In this document: in pieces, positions 52,520 through 64,000 of the stretch
Numbering within the stretch: the first letter of the stretch is position 1
Layout of the letters: every line of letters begins with the position of its first letter
Position numbers and translations under genes: made by a program
The notes under the pieces: generated by a model
Told to the model about the DNA's origin: nothing
Seen by the model: the letters and a program-made list of their open reading frames with translations, nothing else
Database searches by the model: none
Assembly (NCBI GenBank): GCA_964016885.1
Contig: OZ024746.1
Location: 8,122,001-8,186,000, forward strand
Length of the DNA: 64,000 nucleotides
Source: Eledone cirrhosa
Lineage: Eukaryota
Direction: 5' to 3'

Positions 52520-52975
52520 GTTGAAGGGTTCACAGGCTGACTATGAAGGAGTGATGCTAGAGCTGTGAAATCTTGCTTGCATTAATTTCACCTCTTCTTA
52601 TTAATAACTGCATTGTTTCTTTCCATGTAAACTGACATCTGGTTGTTCAAAGAAGACTTCAAATGTAACTAGTAGTGACTTCTTTTGAAAATAAACAAAA
52701 TTTGGCATTGTGATGTTATCAAGTACCTGCAGAAAAAGGGTTTAGCCCCCAAAGACATTCATGCTGACATGGTTGCTTCAACAGTGCAAAAGAAGGCAGT
52801 TGAATTTAGGAGGAGAAGGAAGAGTTTAGAAGATGACCCAAGGTCCGGAAAACCTGGAACTGCCACTACCGCGGAAAACATCGATCGTACTCACTACAAA
52901 GCCAATGTGATTAGCACAGCCCATGAGAAAGTTGAGAATATTCTGCACAATGAACTTGGCATGACAAAGGCCATG
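52520..52975 (+). mobile_element. Mariner fragment, same family as 38935-39695
   Basis: KIWHCDVIKYLQKKGLAPKDIHADMVA...LEDDPRSGKP and shared 5' region. Third fragment at about 48528-48625. Confidence 0.85.
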
Positions 52976-53915
52976 GATATAATACAACAAATATATCTAG
53001 TAGGTTGAACAACAAACTGGAGGCTAACACATTCGCTTTCTGTTTTTTCTTGTGTATGCCTTAACCCTTTAGCATTTAAACCGGCCATATCAGGCCAGAA
53101 TTTTCTCACCTCTTTCAGTTCAAACAGGTCATAATTGGCTGCTCACACCGACATTAAGGTATTGTTCTCAAAATAAATATCAAAATTTCATAGATTCAAT
53201 ATTATATGAGATAATATGAGATAATTATTCAATATTATATTAGATAATTATTTTCTGTGAAAATGCAATAGAAATATAGAATAATTGTTTCTACTTTTGG
53301 CACAAGGCCAGCAATTACCCAGTGCATTACTGGTACTTTATTTTATCAACCCCGTAAGGATGAAAGGTAAAGTTAACCTCGACAGGATTTGAACTCAGAC
53401 CATAAAGGGGCGTAACTATGTTAGAAAGCATGGCGTCCAACCCTCTACCGATACTGCCAATGTGAATGCTAAAGTGTTAAGGTAATCCTGCAAAAAGGAC
53501 ATATCTATTTGACTTTAAAATGGTGTACAGTTAGCTCCTGTTTCGATGACAATATTTCTGCTGGTTAACATATATTTAACCCACTTCACACCAAACCACC
53601 TCAAATCATCTTTACGCTTTATGACACTAAGCTGTTTATTTTTAAATGTAGCAAAATTTATCAAAAAAAAACCTTCCATCATAATTTCATGTAAGAACTT
53701 CTGTTAAGTACCAAACAGCAGTCTAATAATGATAGGGTTAATTATATTACTAAATCCCTCCAAATTCTTGATCATTTTCAAAATGATTTGAAAATATAGG
53801 CGGTATCTTGTATAATAAATATGGTAATGAAAAGGTTAAACCTAGAGAGCCTGCTGAAAACTTTGTTATGTCAAGTTTTATCAAGGAAGCTCTGTATTTT
53901 TCATTAACAATCCTG

Positions 53916-54449
53916 CATACTACTGTACGTCAGTATACATATATGTATGTACGTGTACATACTTATATTTAAGTAACAGCCGTACTAAGAGTGGAAAATG
54001 AAATTTCGTTTCATTTTTTCCGTTTATCGTTTTCGGGCACTCGGCCGATTAAACCACTCGATATGCAAATTGGGCTACTCAGCCGTTAATATGCATATGG
54101 TAAGTATATACGTTCAACAATCTGGCAGGAAGGTATACGTTGCTGACGATAGCTAATAAGCTTGAAACTAGTACAGCATTCCTTTGTCAGTGTTGAACAA
54201 ACGAGCAACGATGGTTGCTGGACACTACGGCTTAATACGGGATGTTTGTTTGTTTACAAACACACCGGGCATTATAATAAATGTTCGGTGAATCCATACG
54301 TACATGTATATATGTGTGCATGTATGTATATATATATACATACTACTGTACGTCTGTATACATATATGTATGTACGTGTACATACTTATATTTAAGTAAC
54401 AGCCGTACTAAGAGTGGGAAATGAAATTTCGTTTCATTTTTCCCGTTTA
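53916..54449 (+). mobile_element. Hammerhead-containing partial tandem unit (423-bp period, 111-bp direct repeats): retrozyme or Penelope pLTR
   Basis: 53916-54026 and 54339-54449 are near-identical (3 substitutions seen). Hammerhead core at 54143-54173. Confidence 0.7.
54127..54183 (+). ncRNA. Type I hammerhead ribozyme motif
   Basis: aggaa-ggtatac-gttg-CTGACGA-t-agct(aata)agct-t-GAA-ACTAGT-A-cagc-a-ttcct: intact core, palindromic helix III ACTAGT, GUA triplet (54171-54173), helix I with internal loop. Confidence 0.8.
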
Positions 54450-54660
54450 CATACATATATATATATACATATGTATACATATATATACATACATATATTT
54501 ATATATACATACATACATATATATTCATATATATATACATACATATATATATATACACATACAGATATATATACACATACATATATATATACATATATAT
54601 TTACATACATATATATATATATACACATATATATATATACACATGTATATATACACATAC

Positions 54661-56697
54661 GGGTCAATTAAGGCCAAAAAGCAGGCTTGGAAAGTATGGC
54701 GGGATGGGGGAAGTAGAGAAGACTATCAAGTGGCCAGGAGGGAAGCTAGGAGACAAGTGTACTTAGCAAGAAGGGAAGCTGAGGAAAGAAAGTTCAAGCA
54801 TGTTCTACAACGCGATGACCAAAAACGTGAGGTGTTCAGGATTGCTAGGCAATGCGTCAAGGAAAACCGTGATATTGTCGGGGAGAAGTGTGTACTAAAC
54901 GACGATGGCACACTTGCCATCACCGACGCTGATAAGAAGGTAGCTTGGAAGTGTCACTATGAAAGGCTACTAAATGAGGAGAATAAATGGGAGAAAGACA
55001 GTCTCCCCCATATCGACCCAATAGAGGGACCAGCAGTGTTAGTCGAGGGGAGTATAATAAGTAAGGCAATCAAGGATATGAAGACGGGTAAGGCGGCTGG
55101 GCCTTCGGAAATAGTTGCTGAGATGCTGAAGGCATCTGGCACGGTGGGACACACCATGGTCACCTGCATAGTTAACCAAGTCGTACAGAATGGGGTTGTT
55201 CCGAAGGACTGGCATAGCAGCATCATCGTTAACTGTTATAAGGGTAAAGGAGACGCCCTAGATAGGAGTAACTATAGAGGCATTAAATTAATCGACCAGG
55301 TCATGAAGGTCACGGAAAAAGTAATAGCGCAACTAATCAGAGAGAGAATTGACCTAGATGAAATGCAGTTCGGGTTTGTGTCAGGCAAAAGTACCACAGA
55401 CGCTCTTTTCATAGTACGACAACTACAGGAGAAGTACCTAGCTAAAGGTAAACCCCTCTACTTAGCTTTTGTCGACTTGGAGAAAGCCTTCGACAGAGTC
55501 CCCCGCTCCATTATCTGGTGGGCTCTTAGAAAACTAGGCGTTGACGAATGGCTTGTGAGGGCTATACAAGCCATGTATAAAGAAACAGTCAGCAAGGTTA
55601 GAATTAACAACGAATATAGTGAAGAGTTTAGCGTAAAAGTTGGCGTCCATCAGGGCTCTGTTCTCAGCCCCCTACTATTTATTATTGCCCTTCAGGCTAT
55701 AACAGAGGAGTTCAAGACAGGCTGCCCATGGGAACTCCTATACGCAGACGACCTGACACTCATAGCGGAATCAATGGCCGAGCTAGAGAAGAAATTCCAA
55801 ACATGGAAGCACGGCCTAGAGTCAAAAGGACTTAAAATTAACCTGGCTAAGACCAAAGTACTAGTTTGTAGGAAAGAAAACAAGGCGGTGGTCCCTTCTG
55901 GGAAATGGTCGTGCTCGGTGTGTAGGAAAGGCGTAGGTAGAAACTCCATTTTATGTCCTAAATGCAAAGTATGGGTGCATAAAAGATGTAGTGGGATCAC
56001 AGGTAAGCTAACTAAGAACATAGATTTTACATGTGGCCGGTGTTCTGGTGCAATAAGTAGCAGCAAGTGCCCACAAAATACTAGCTCTTTCAATTGCGCA
56101 GAGGGTTCTATAGAAATAGTGGACAGCTTCCGTTACCTGGGCGATAAAATCAGCAGTGGGGGAGGGTGCTCTGAAAGTACTGTAGCTAGAGTCAGAACTG
56201 GTTGGAAAAAGTTCAGAGAGCTTATACCACTATTAGCTGCTAAAGGGTTCTCCCTAAAAATGAAAGGCAGGTTGTACGATGCCTGCATACGAACAGCAAT
56301 GCTGCATGGCAGTGAGACCTGGGCATTGTGTGCAGAGGATATACGCAGACTAGAGAGGAACGAAGCTTGCATGCTCCGCTGGATGTGTAACAGTAATATA
56401 CGTGAACGGCAAAGCATAAACGAACTAAGGAAAAAATTAGAGATAAGAGGGATCAGATGTTGTTTACTCGAGAGAAGGCTACGTTGGTATGGACACGTGA
56501 TGCGCATGAAAGTCAATAGCTGTATAACAAAGTGCAGGGCAATAAAGATAGACGGTAGTCACGGAATAGGCAGACCTAGAAAAACCTGGGACGAGCTGAT
56601 AAACTCCGACATCACACACTTACACCTCTCCAAGACAATGTCACTGGACCGAGACCTTTGGCGGTACTCAGTAACAGAGAAGACCCGCCTTACCTAA
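54661..56697 (+). CDS. Uninterrupted partial RTE ORF (RT + PHD-like zinc finger), N-terminally truncated
   Basis: About 680 codons without a stop. The N-terminal 80 aa of the listed ORF (54421-54660) come from the direct repeat and the microsatellite. Confidence 0.8.
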   Translation, partial: GSIKAKKQAWKVWRDGGSREDYQVARREARRQVYLARREAEERKFKHVLQRDDQKREVFRIARQCVKENRDIVGEKCVLNDDGTLAITDADKKVAWKCHYERLLNEENKWEKDSLPHIDPIEGPAVLVEGSIISKAIKDMKTGKAAGPSEIVAEMLKASGTVGHTMVTCIVNQVVQNGVVPKDWHSSIIVNCYKGKGDALDRSNYRGIKLIDQVMKVTEKVIAQLIRERIDLDEMQFGFVSGKSTTDALFIVRQLQEKYLAKGKPLYLAFVDLEKAFDRVPRSIIWWALRKLGVDEWLVRAIQAMYKETVSKVRINNEYSEEFSVKVGVHQGSVLSPLLFIIALQAITEEFKTGCPWELLYADDLTLIAESMAELEKKFQTWKHGLESKGLKINLAKTKVLVCRKENKAVVPSGKWSCSVCRKGVGRNSILCPKCKVWVHKRCSGITGKLTKNIDFTCGRCSGAISSSKCPQNTSSFNCAEGSIEIVDSFRYLGDKISSGGGCSESTVARVRTGWKKFRELIPLLAAKGFSLKMKGRLYDACIRTAMLHGSETWALCAEDIRRLERNEACMLRWMCNSNIRERQSINELRKKLEIRGIRCCLLERRLRWYGHVMRMKVNSCITKCRAIKIDGSHGIGRPRKTWDELINSDITHLHLSKTMSLDRDLWRYSVTEKTRLT

Positions 56698-57090
56698 ATA
56701 TATAGTAAAACCTACTCCAGCCAGTAGGCATCTCTAACAAAATACACCCCGTCCCACCACCACCACCCCCACCACACCACCCCGTTCTATGTAAAGTTAT
56801 GTTGGTGCCGCGCCATCGAGGCTGAAACAAATGAGATCGTGTAGGTGTCACGACAAAAAAACACACAGTCCACGCTGTAATGTGGCCGTGTAGGCAACAC
56901 GGTAAAAACCTCCCAGACCCACACTGTAAATGTGGTTGGTGTTAGGAAGGACATCCAACTGTAGAAAACCTGCCAGACAGTCCTATGCGAGCAAGACAAT
57001 CACTCTTGCCTCAAGTGGGACTACCCCCGTCCAAACCCATGCAAGCGTGGAACACGGACGTTAAACGTTGATGATGATGATGATGATGAT
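54661..57090 (+). mobile_element. RTE-clade LINE, 5'-truncated (no APE domain)
   Basis: RT motifs [43 protein letters not shown], then RRLRWYGHV and GRPRKTW. 3' UTR ends in (GAT)n. Confidence 0.95.
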
Positions 57091-57165
57091 ACATATATAA
57101 ATGAAAGGTATAGAAAGTATTGTAGCAAGAAGCCAACAGTATTCCATACATATATATATATATAC

Positions 57166-57212
<47 letters not shown>

Positions 57213-57815
57213 GTGGCTGCCAACTCGTTTTCGAGTACGGCCACTACTTTATATCCATGTAGGAGAACCCCTACCGATGCGCTGAACAAGTGTGACTTTT
57301 TAGTCCAGCCAGCGACTTGAAAACTCTGGTACAAAAACTACACTTGTGACCATTATTGACACATTGTGCTAGGCCCATGGTACCACGTGACGATAAGTGC
57401 AGAGAGATCTCCAGATATAAAGCAATGCCTGTGCCGTGAAGCTTTTATAGTGAGCAAAGGCACTGCACAAAGCCAGTCCCACTCTCTTAACCAAGATGAT
57501 ATTTACCAAAAAGAAGAACAAGTCAACATCATTGGATACCATCAGGGTTGCAGGTGTTATATCAGAGTTTTGCTTCTCCTAGAATTCTGCCTTGACAAAG
57601 GCTAAGGGGTCATCTCTCCCGGTGATTTTGGATGGCCATTGACTCTTAAGATCTCCTTTGCCCTTTGATAGGTTTTGTTTTTAGTCCTGCAGGATGTCCA
57701 AAGTCACCCTCCTCACCAAGAAACCTTGGTGGGGTTGCCAGTTTAGTCGCCAACGACCCGACCATGGGACAGGTTGTACTGGGATACATGTTACCAGTAG
57801 TACCAACTGGTGACA
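57213..57815 (-). mobile_element. About 600-bp non-autonomous element with RTE 5'-UTR-like sequence, copy 1
   Basis: Minus-strand aaggcagaattctaggagaagcaaaactctgatataac resembles the conserved RTE 5'-UTR motif. Flanked by (TA)n and near-identical to 58384-58976. Confidence 0.6.
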
Positions 57816-58350
57816 TATATACACACATAAATATATATACATACATATATATATATACACATTCATATATATATATACACATACATATATATATACACAT
57901 ACATATATATAAATATATATGGCTTAGTGGTTAGAGCATTGGGCTTGCAATCGAAAGGTTGTGAGTTCAATTCTCGGACTGGGTGATGTGTTGTTTCCTT
58001 GAGCAAGACACTTTATTTCACGTTGCTCCAGTTTACTGAGCTGTAGAAATGACTACCAGCCTGCCTGCACAGCCAGTGGGATGGCGTTATCTTATGGCTA
58101 AAACAGCACAGCATGCTGTGACCAGCGGCGCCGATTGGTGCCTGACAGACTGGTCGGTCAAGGTGATATTTACATATATATATATACATAGATAGTTAAA
58201 GAATGAAGAGTACTCACACAACGCAGAGTACTCACAACCTCTAACTGGATTACCTATAACGATAACTTGTTATCCCATATATACATAGATATATATATAT
58301 GTATATATGTAAATACATACATATATATATATACATTCATATATTTATAT

Positions 58351-58382
<32 letters not shown>

Positions 58383-58383
58383 G

Positions 58384-58976
58384 GTGGCTGCCAACTCATT
58401 TTCGAGTACGGCCACTACTTTATATCCATGTAGGAGAACTCCTACCGATGCACTGAACAAGTGTGACTTTTTAGTCCAGCCAGCGACTTGAAAACTCTGG
58501 TACAAACACTACACTTGTGACAATTATTGACACATAGTGCTGGGCCCATGGTACCATGTGACGATAAGTGCAGAGAGATCTCCAGATATCAAGCAATGCC
58601 TGTGCCGTGAAGCTTTTATAGTGAGCAAAGGCACTGCACAAAGCCAGTCCCACTCTCTTAACCAAGATGATATTTACCAAAAAGAAGAACAAGTCAACAT
58701 CATTGGATACCATCAGAGTTGCAGGTGTTATATCAGACTTTTCCTTCTAGAATTCTGCCTTGACAAAGGCTAAGGGGTCATCTCTCCCAGTGATTTTGGA
58801 TGGCCATTGACTCTTAAGAGCTCCTTTGACAGGTTTTGTTTTTAGTCCTGCAGGATGTCCAAAGTCACCCTCCTCACCAAGAAACCTTGGTGGGGTTGCC
58901 AGCTTAGTTGCCAACGACCCGACCATGAGACAGGTTGTACTGGGATACATGTTACCAGTAGTAGCAACTGGTGACA
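58384..58976 (-). mobile_element. Copy 2 of the 600-bp element
   Basis: Direct repeat of 57213-57815 with scattered substitutions and a short deletion. Confidence 0.6.
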
Positions 58977-59049
58977 TATATACACACATAAATATATATA
59001 CACATATACACACACATACACATAAATATATATATACACATGTACACAG

Positions 59050-59080
<31 letters not shown>

Positions 59081-59571
59081 AAATATTATCTCTCATCTTT
59101 GATTTAAGACCATTACTGAATATAAATATTGATTTTAAACATAAAATAAATAATTAGCCTTCTTCAAACTAGTTACATTAATGAGATATTCTGCTCAGAA
59201 CACACAAAATAACAAAATAAATTATATAAATAAATGCGGTGCAGTTACTAAAGATCTAAAACCAAATAGCAAATAAAATTAAGTAATATAATGGTGCTTG
59301 TATTTTAGAATGTTCTTTAAAGTATTAAATATCTTTGCCTTGGCCCACTTATTCCTGAGAGCTTTGGGGTAGTCCTCAAACACTCCTTCCAGTAGGTAAG
59401 GTAGGTAGGAAAACTTGACAAAATATTAAATATGTTTACATTAAATCACACATTGGGGTGGTGGATTGACAGAATTGGTAGAGCATTGGACAAAATGTCA
59501 TTGTGGTATTTATTCTGGCTCTTTACCTTCTCAGTTCAAATCCTGCTGCTAATTAAGTCACTTAAATAGCA

Positions 59572-60095
59572 GGAGCTATCAACTACTTCTATGGATCCTT
59601 CATGTGATTGTAGAAGGTATATATCACTAATACTCTTTTCCTTGATTACCCCTGTGCATCTTCTACATAGAAAGTCTTCCCTTCTTGTTAGTCTACCTGA
59701 TATCTCACTACATCTCTTGTGTATCCAAGATTTACATTGTGTACATCATATAGAGTTTATGCCTACGCCTTTTCTACATATTGAGCAGGGCCACTGCCTT
59801 GAGGGAATCTGGGTCCTATCTTCTTTCCTACTTACTAGCACTTTTGTTTTGGCTACATTTACTCTCAGAACTTTTGATTCCAAATTCTGTTTCCATAGTC
59901 GTAACTCATTCTCAAGTTCTTTTATGGATTCAGCTACAACTAGCAGATCATCTGCAGAGAGAAGTCCCCATGGGCAGCCAGTCTTAAACTGCTGTTATGG
60001 CCTGGAGAACTATGATGAATAGCAGTGGGCCAAGAAGTGAACCCTGATGAACTACCTGTACCTTGAATTCCTCACTAAACTCACTTCCTACCCTC
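59572..60095 (-). mobile_element. Decayed RTE RT/PHD fragment
   Basis: Minus strand VHQGSLLGPLLFII, KTGCPWGLLSADDL and WPCSICRKGVG, homologous to 55640-56130. Confidence 0.85.
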
Positions 60096-60394
60096 ATGTG
60101 TGCATGTATGTGTGTGCGCGCGCATGTGTGCGTATATGTGTGTGTGTATGTTAAATATATTGACCACCTTGATAAAATCTGTGACCATATTTCATTTACG
60201 TGGTGAAGAGAATCTGAAAGTTTGTTGTTTTTGTAAATATGTCATACAACCAAGTCTGTCATAATAAATTACATTAAAAACATTCCTTATTTCTATAACA
60301 ACTAAGTTGATGTATCTTGGCAGTTGTTTATATTTAGCCCAGGGACTGTTTTATATCAGTCTTCCTTTTAGATGAATCTATTGTCACAAATCAT

Positions 60395-61790
60395 CATTAA
60401 ACTGATCTAAATTGACCAGAACACCATTAAAGCCAGGTCTACTGACTGGCTCTACAATGTATTTCATGGATAGATCTGTCAGGGATTATGTAGGTCTGTG
60501 TATCTCCAACTAAACTACCAATGACAAGTGCCAACCTCTTGGTGAGCTCCTTGGCCAAAACTTTCATTTCTGAGTTCAGTAGAGCTACAGACCTGAGGTT
60601 TTCTACCATGTCCACCTTGTTCAGGTCCATTCATAACAGTGTTACTACTTTCTGGTTGACACAACTGGAGATGGTTCCAGTCTGCTGTCAGCTGTAGTAG
60701 ATAGCTGCCAAGACTGTAGCGAACAAATCTGGCATGTGGAAGTAAAACTCAAAGAGTAGACCATCCAATCCCAGTGATTTGTTCCTCACAGAATAGTTCT
60801 GCACATCCACCACTTCATCTGTTGAAATCAGTTTCTCACAGAATTCCACCTTGCTGGTTACGACTCAAAGCAGACATCGATGTCTCTCATTTCCAATCCA
60901 CCACTCCTTGGAAAAGGTTCAACAAAGAGCCACTGGTAAACTACACTCTTTGTTGAAACTCACCAATACTGCTTTAATTGTTTTCTTTAATAAAACTCAC
61001 TACCTGTTGTTTCTGGTAGCTCCCATCAGTTCCTGTTTGACTAGTTCCATAATCCAGTCCTTCAATAATTCTCTCCCTGCAGAGAAGACATTCAGTTTCC
61101 AAGTCCTTCAATTCTCTCACTGCAGAGAAGGCATTCAGTTTCCAATAACCAATACCCTGTCCATTAGTTTGTTTTAAGTTAACCGTACAGGTCACAAATT
61201 TGTGGTCCGTCTATCTCACAATCTTAAACTGTGGGCAACTAATGCTGATTCTATCAGCTACTCTCTGGTGTAAACTCTATCTAAATACAAAGATGACCCA
61301 CTGCAACTTCTCCAAGTCATCATTGATGCATACAAGAAATCCAGACGGAACCTGTTAAATAGTTATAAGGCTTTTTATCCCTCCCATCTTCTGTTGGATA
61401 CCCCACATAATCCCTATGTGCATCCAAAATGCTGTTCCAATCACCCACTAATACTAATGAGCGAGATGTTCCCAGAAAATCGGTTTGCAAGCATCTACAA
61501 TGGCATAAACTACCACCAGTCTGAAAGTAACTCAATCTTCCTTGCTGCTGCTGATGTCCAGAACCACCGATCTTATCTTCCAGGTCTAACAAGAAACAGG
61601 CTTTGTAGTTATCCTGGAACAGAGACAGTGAGTGCATCTCGGAAATCATGGCTCTCGCTAATAGTAAAAACATTCAAACGTACTACCCTAGGGTCATTGA
61701 GCAGATGTCTATCCTTCCATTTCGACCTTAGATCACGTACATTTATACAACCTAATCTGAGTATGGCCATTCAAAGAAGAAAACAGAAAC
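60395..61790 (-). mobile_element. Decayed Tx1/L1 ORF2 fragment (APE to start of RT)
   Basis: MAILRLGCINVRDLRSKWK, LVLVGDWNSILDAHRDY, GYWKLN and ENLRSVALLNSEMKVLAK, homologous to 11278-13030. Confidence 0.88.
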
Positions 61791-62438
61791 AAAATAAAAT
61801 GAGTGAGTAACGTACCCTAATTTTGTAGTACTCCTTTTTTAGTAATCCTAGGCTTTATTATTGTTCTTCCTGTCAGTACTCGAAATGTCCCTGAAATATC
61901 TTCCTAATGTCTCTTATGTTATGTAGGAACCTTTCCATGGGTTCTACATTCACTAGAGGTACTGTATGTATTAAAAGTCTGGCTACTTTTGCTTTCGTGA
62001 ATAATTAATATAATTTCTCCCTGTTGTTAAACCATTGTATCTTTCTATGAACTTCCTTAACTCAATACTGCCATGGGTAAATGTGAAACTGAGGAGAGTT
62101 TAGGTGTTGGGAATAGTCACTTAAATCAAACTTTATGTATGACAGATAAACATTTTATCTAAAACAAAATTCAAGTCAAGTCGACAGAAAATTCTAAAAA
62201 ACGCGCTTCTTCTTACAGAGCTATCTTTAATAATATATACGTATTACATTTTAATAATAAGAAATTATTAAAATAATTAGTTTAATAAATATCATCTGTA
62301 ATTTAGTTATTATTTTATATGATTATTTTTTTATTTCATGCTCAATTTTATGTACAAAATGTTTTGTATAATTTTATGTACGAAAGTTAATGTATACTTT
62401 AATTATCAATTTAAAACATTTTTAGCGGTAATTTCAAA

Positions 62439-62525
62439 ATGGCCTCCACTTCTTCTTCTTCTAACGTTGATTCAATATTACGACTACACAGTGGTTCTCC
62501 TATCTTTAACAAAGTTTCTATTCTG
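62439..62525 (+). CDS. Candidate first coding exon of an unidentified gene (MASTSSSSNVDSILRLHSGSPIFNKVSIL)
   Basis: Strong start context caaaATGGCC, upstream acceptor catttttag (ends 62425), phase-0 donor CTG|gtaaat, non-repetitive CpG-retaining context. Product not recognised. Confidence 0.4.
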
Positions 62526-64000
62526 GTAAATTCAAACTGATTTGTCATATTTAGATATTTTATTTTTTGAAAAATTTTACTCGTTTTCTGCCAAATAATC
62601 TTAGATTTACTACTGCTACCACAAGTAGCTTTGTAATGTGTAAATATATATACTGTAGTTCGTTTTTGTATTTGTTTTGAAAGATTATTAATAGGAAATT
62701 GTGTTTATATATATATTGGTCATAGGTTGTAGAAAAATTACGGAGGCAGAGATGTTGACATTCATTATTTCGTTTGTTAACAATTCACCTGCCAATACAT
62801 ACACAGGACGATACCCACAAATGTTGGACCCCCGTCACAAATAGCTGAATGTGTGTGGCTGTTCTTGTAAAATGTACCAAGTTTCTACAATGTAATACAA
62901 ATATTTATAATATTTTTATATGATTAGTTTTTGTTTGTCTTTTGGCATTGTGTACCATTTAGGTGTAGTGAATATTTCCTTTATTTTCTTCTTTAATAAA
63001 GAATCACATTTAAATGATACTACCATGTCCTCCCACAAATATATATATATATAAACAACATATATAACAACTTCTATCAGAATGCAATTGTAACCTAAAT
63101 AAAGATGAAAGAACAGCCGAACTCCCACTGTCATCACCTCCATCTCCGTATGGTGAACGTGTAACAGGTTTAGAATGAAATTTAATTATTTGGTTTAAAC
63201 ATAGAATAAATATGGTGGCACTATGAAGGTTGTTATGTCTTTGACACTGCTGAAGTGTTGTGTAGGCATATACAAAGGGCTTTTGAAGTTTCTGTCTATC
63301 AGAATTGGTCAACCCAATGTTATGGTAGAAGGGACTTGACAGTGGAATTGCACCAAGAACCCTATGGCGGCAAAACAAACTCCTTGGCATAATGTCATGT
63401 CTGCATTTATATGTTTACCTTTTTATTTCTTTTTACTCATCAATAATGGTTATCCCATGAAATTCAATAATTGCAGTTTTTCCCGTTTTTTTGTTTTTTT
63501 TACCATTTTGCGGGTCTGAAAAATTAATAAGGGGGCGATTATTCGAAACGCGAAAGTAACCATGGGAAAATGGTTATAAAAAGGCTGATGATGATTTGTA
63601 TTACCAAAGAATGGTATAACTGCAGTTTAACACCGGCTCCACCCCCGACTTAGTTTCCTCAACACTTCTTAAATAATGTATATTTCTTTGTGAGATTTTA
63701 CAGAGATACAGTCTCCCTCACATATGGTCATCTGTCATTTTGAGATCTGCTCTCAATACTTCTGCCTAGGTTTTCTATGGGCTTCCACTGGGAGTTTCTG
63801 CTACTTTACACAACAATCATCCTCCATACGCATCACATGTCTATACCAGCACAGTCCTCTCAGTTACACTGCATTTTATTCCTCTTATACACATTCTTAT
63901 GTCGCACTATAGTTACTATTTGTTTACCTATATTCTTCATTGAAACTCTCACCTGTCCCATTTTTCAAATTTCTCTGTTTCTCCTGTTTAAAATACAAAT

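Noticed and set aside
54421-54660. N-terminal extension of the 758-aa ORF
   Set aside because: Derived from the direct repeat and a TA/CA microsatellite (YIHI repeats), not part of the RTE protein.
63010-63390. 126-aa minus-strand ORF
   Set aside because: No convincing domain. At most a decayed CR1/L2-type remnant.

Overview
AT-rich eukaryotic (animal) genomic DNA that is almost entirely repeat-derived. The (TA)n microsatellite load and the SINE, RTE and MITE repertoire resemble an octopus/cephalopod genome (inference). Recognisable content: a 5'-truncated L1/Tx1-clade LINE with a 22-bp target-site duplication (TSD) plus a decayed second copy; a 5'-truncated RTE LINE with an uninterrupted RT + PHD-like ORF and many RTE 3' fragments; a Gypsy-like gag/protease remnant; a Buster-type hAT transposon (TIRs + 8-bp TSD) nested in a Helitron PIF1-helicase remnant; mariner fragments; many tRNA-derived SINEs and MITEs; and several minisatellites that expanded inside transposons. 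No host gene can be firmly identified, only candidate exons, including a possible first coding exon at 62439-62525. The most interesting signal is four sequence-unrelated type I hammerhead ribozyme motifs with intact catalytic cores and short helix III (perfectly palindromic in three) at about 4.9 kb (+), 6.95 kb (-), 51.75 kb (+) and 54.15 kb (+). The last lies in a 423-bp unit bounded by 111-bp direct repeats (retrozyme or Penelope pseudo-LTR architecture). Three of the four sit just 5' of co-oriented, 5'-truncated RTE copies.
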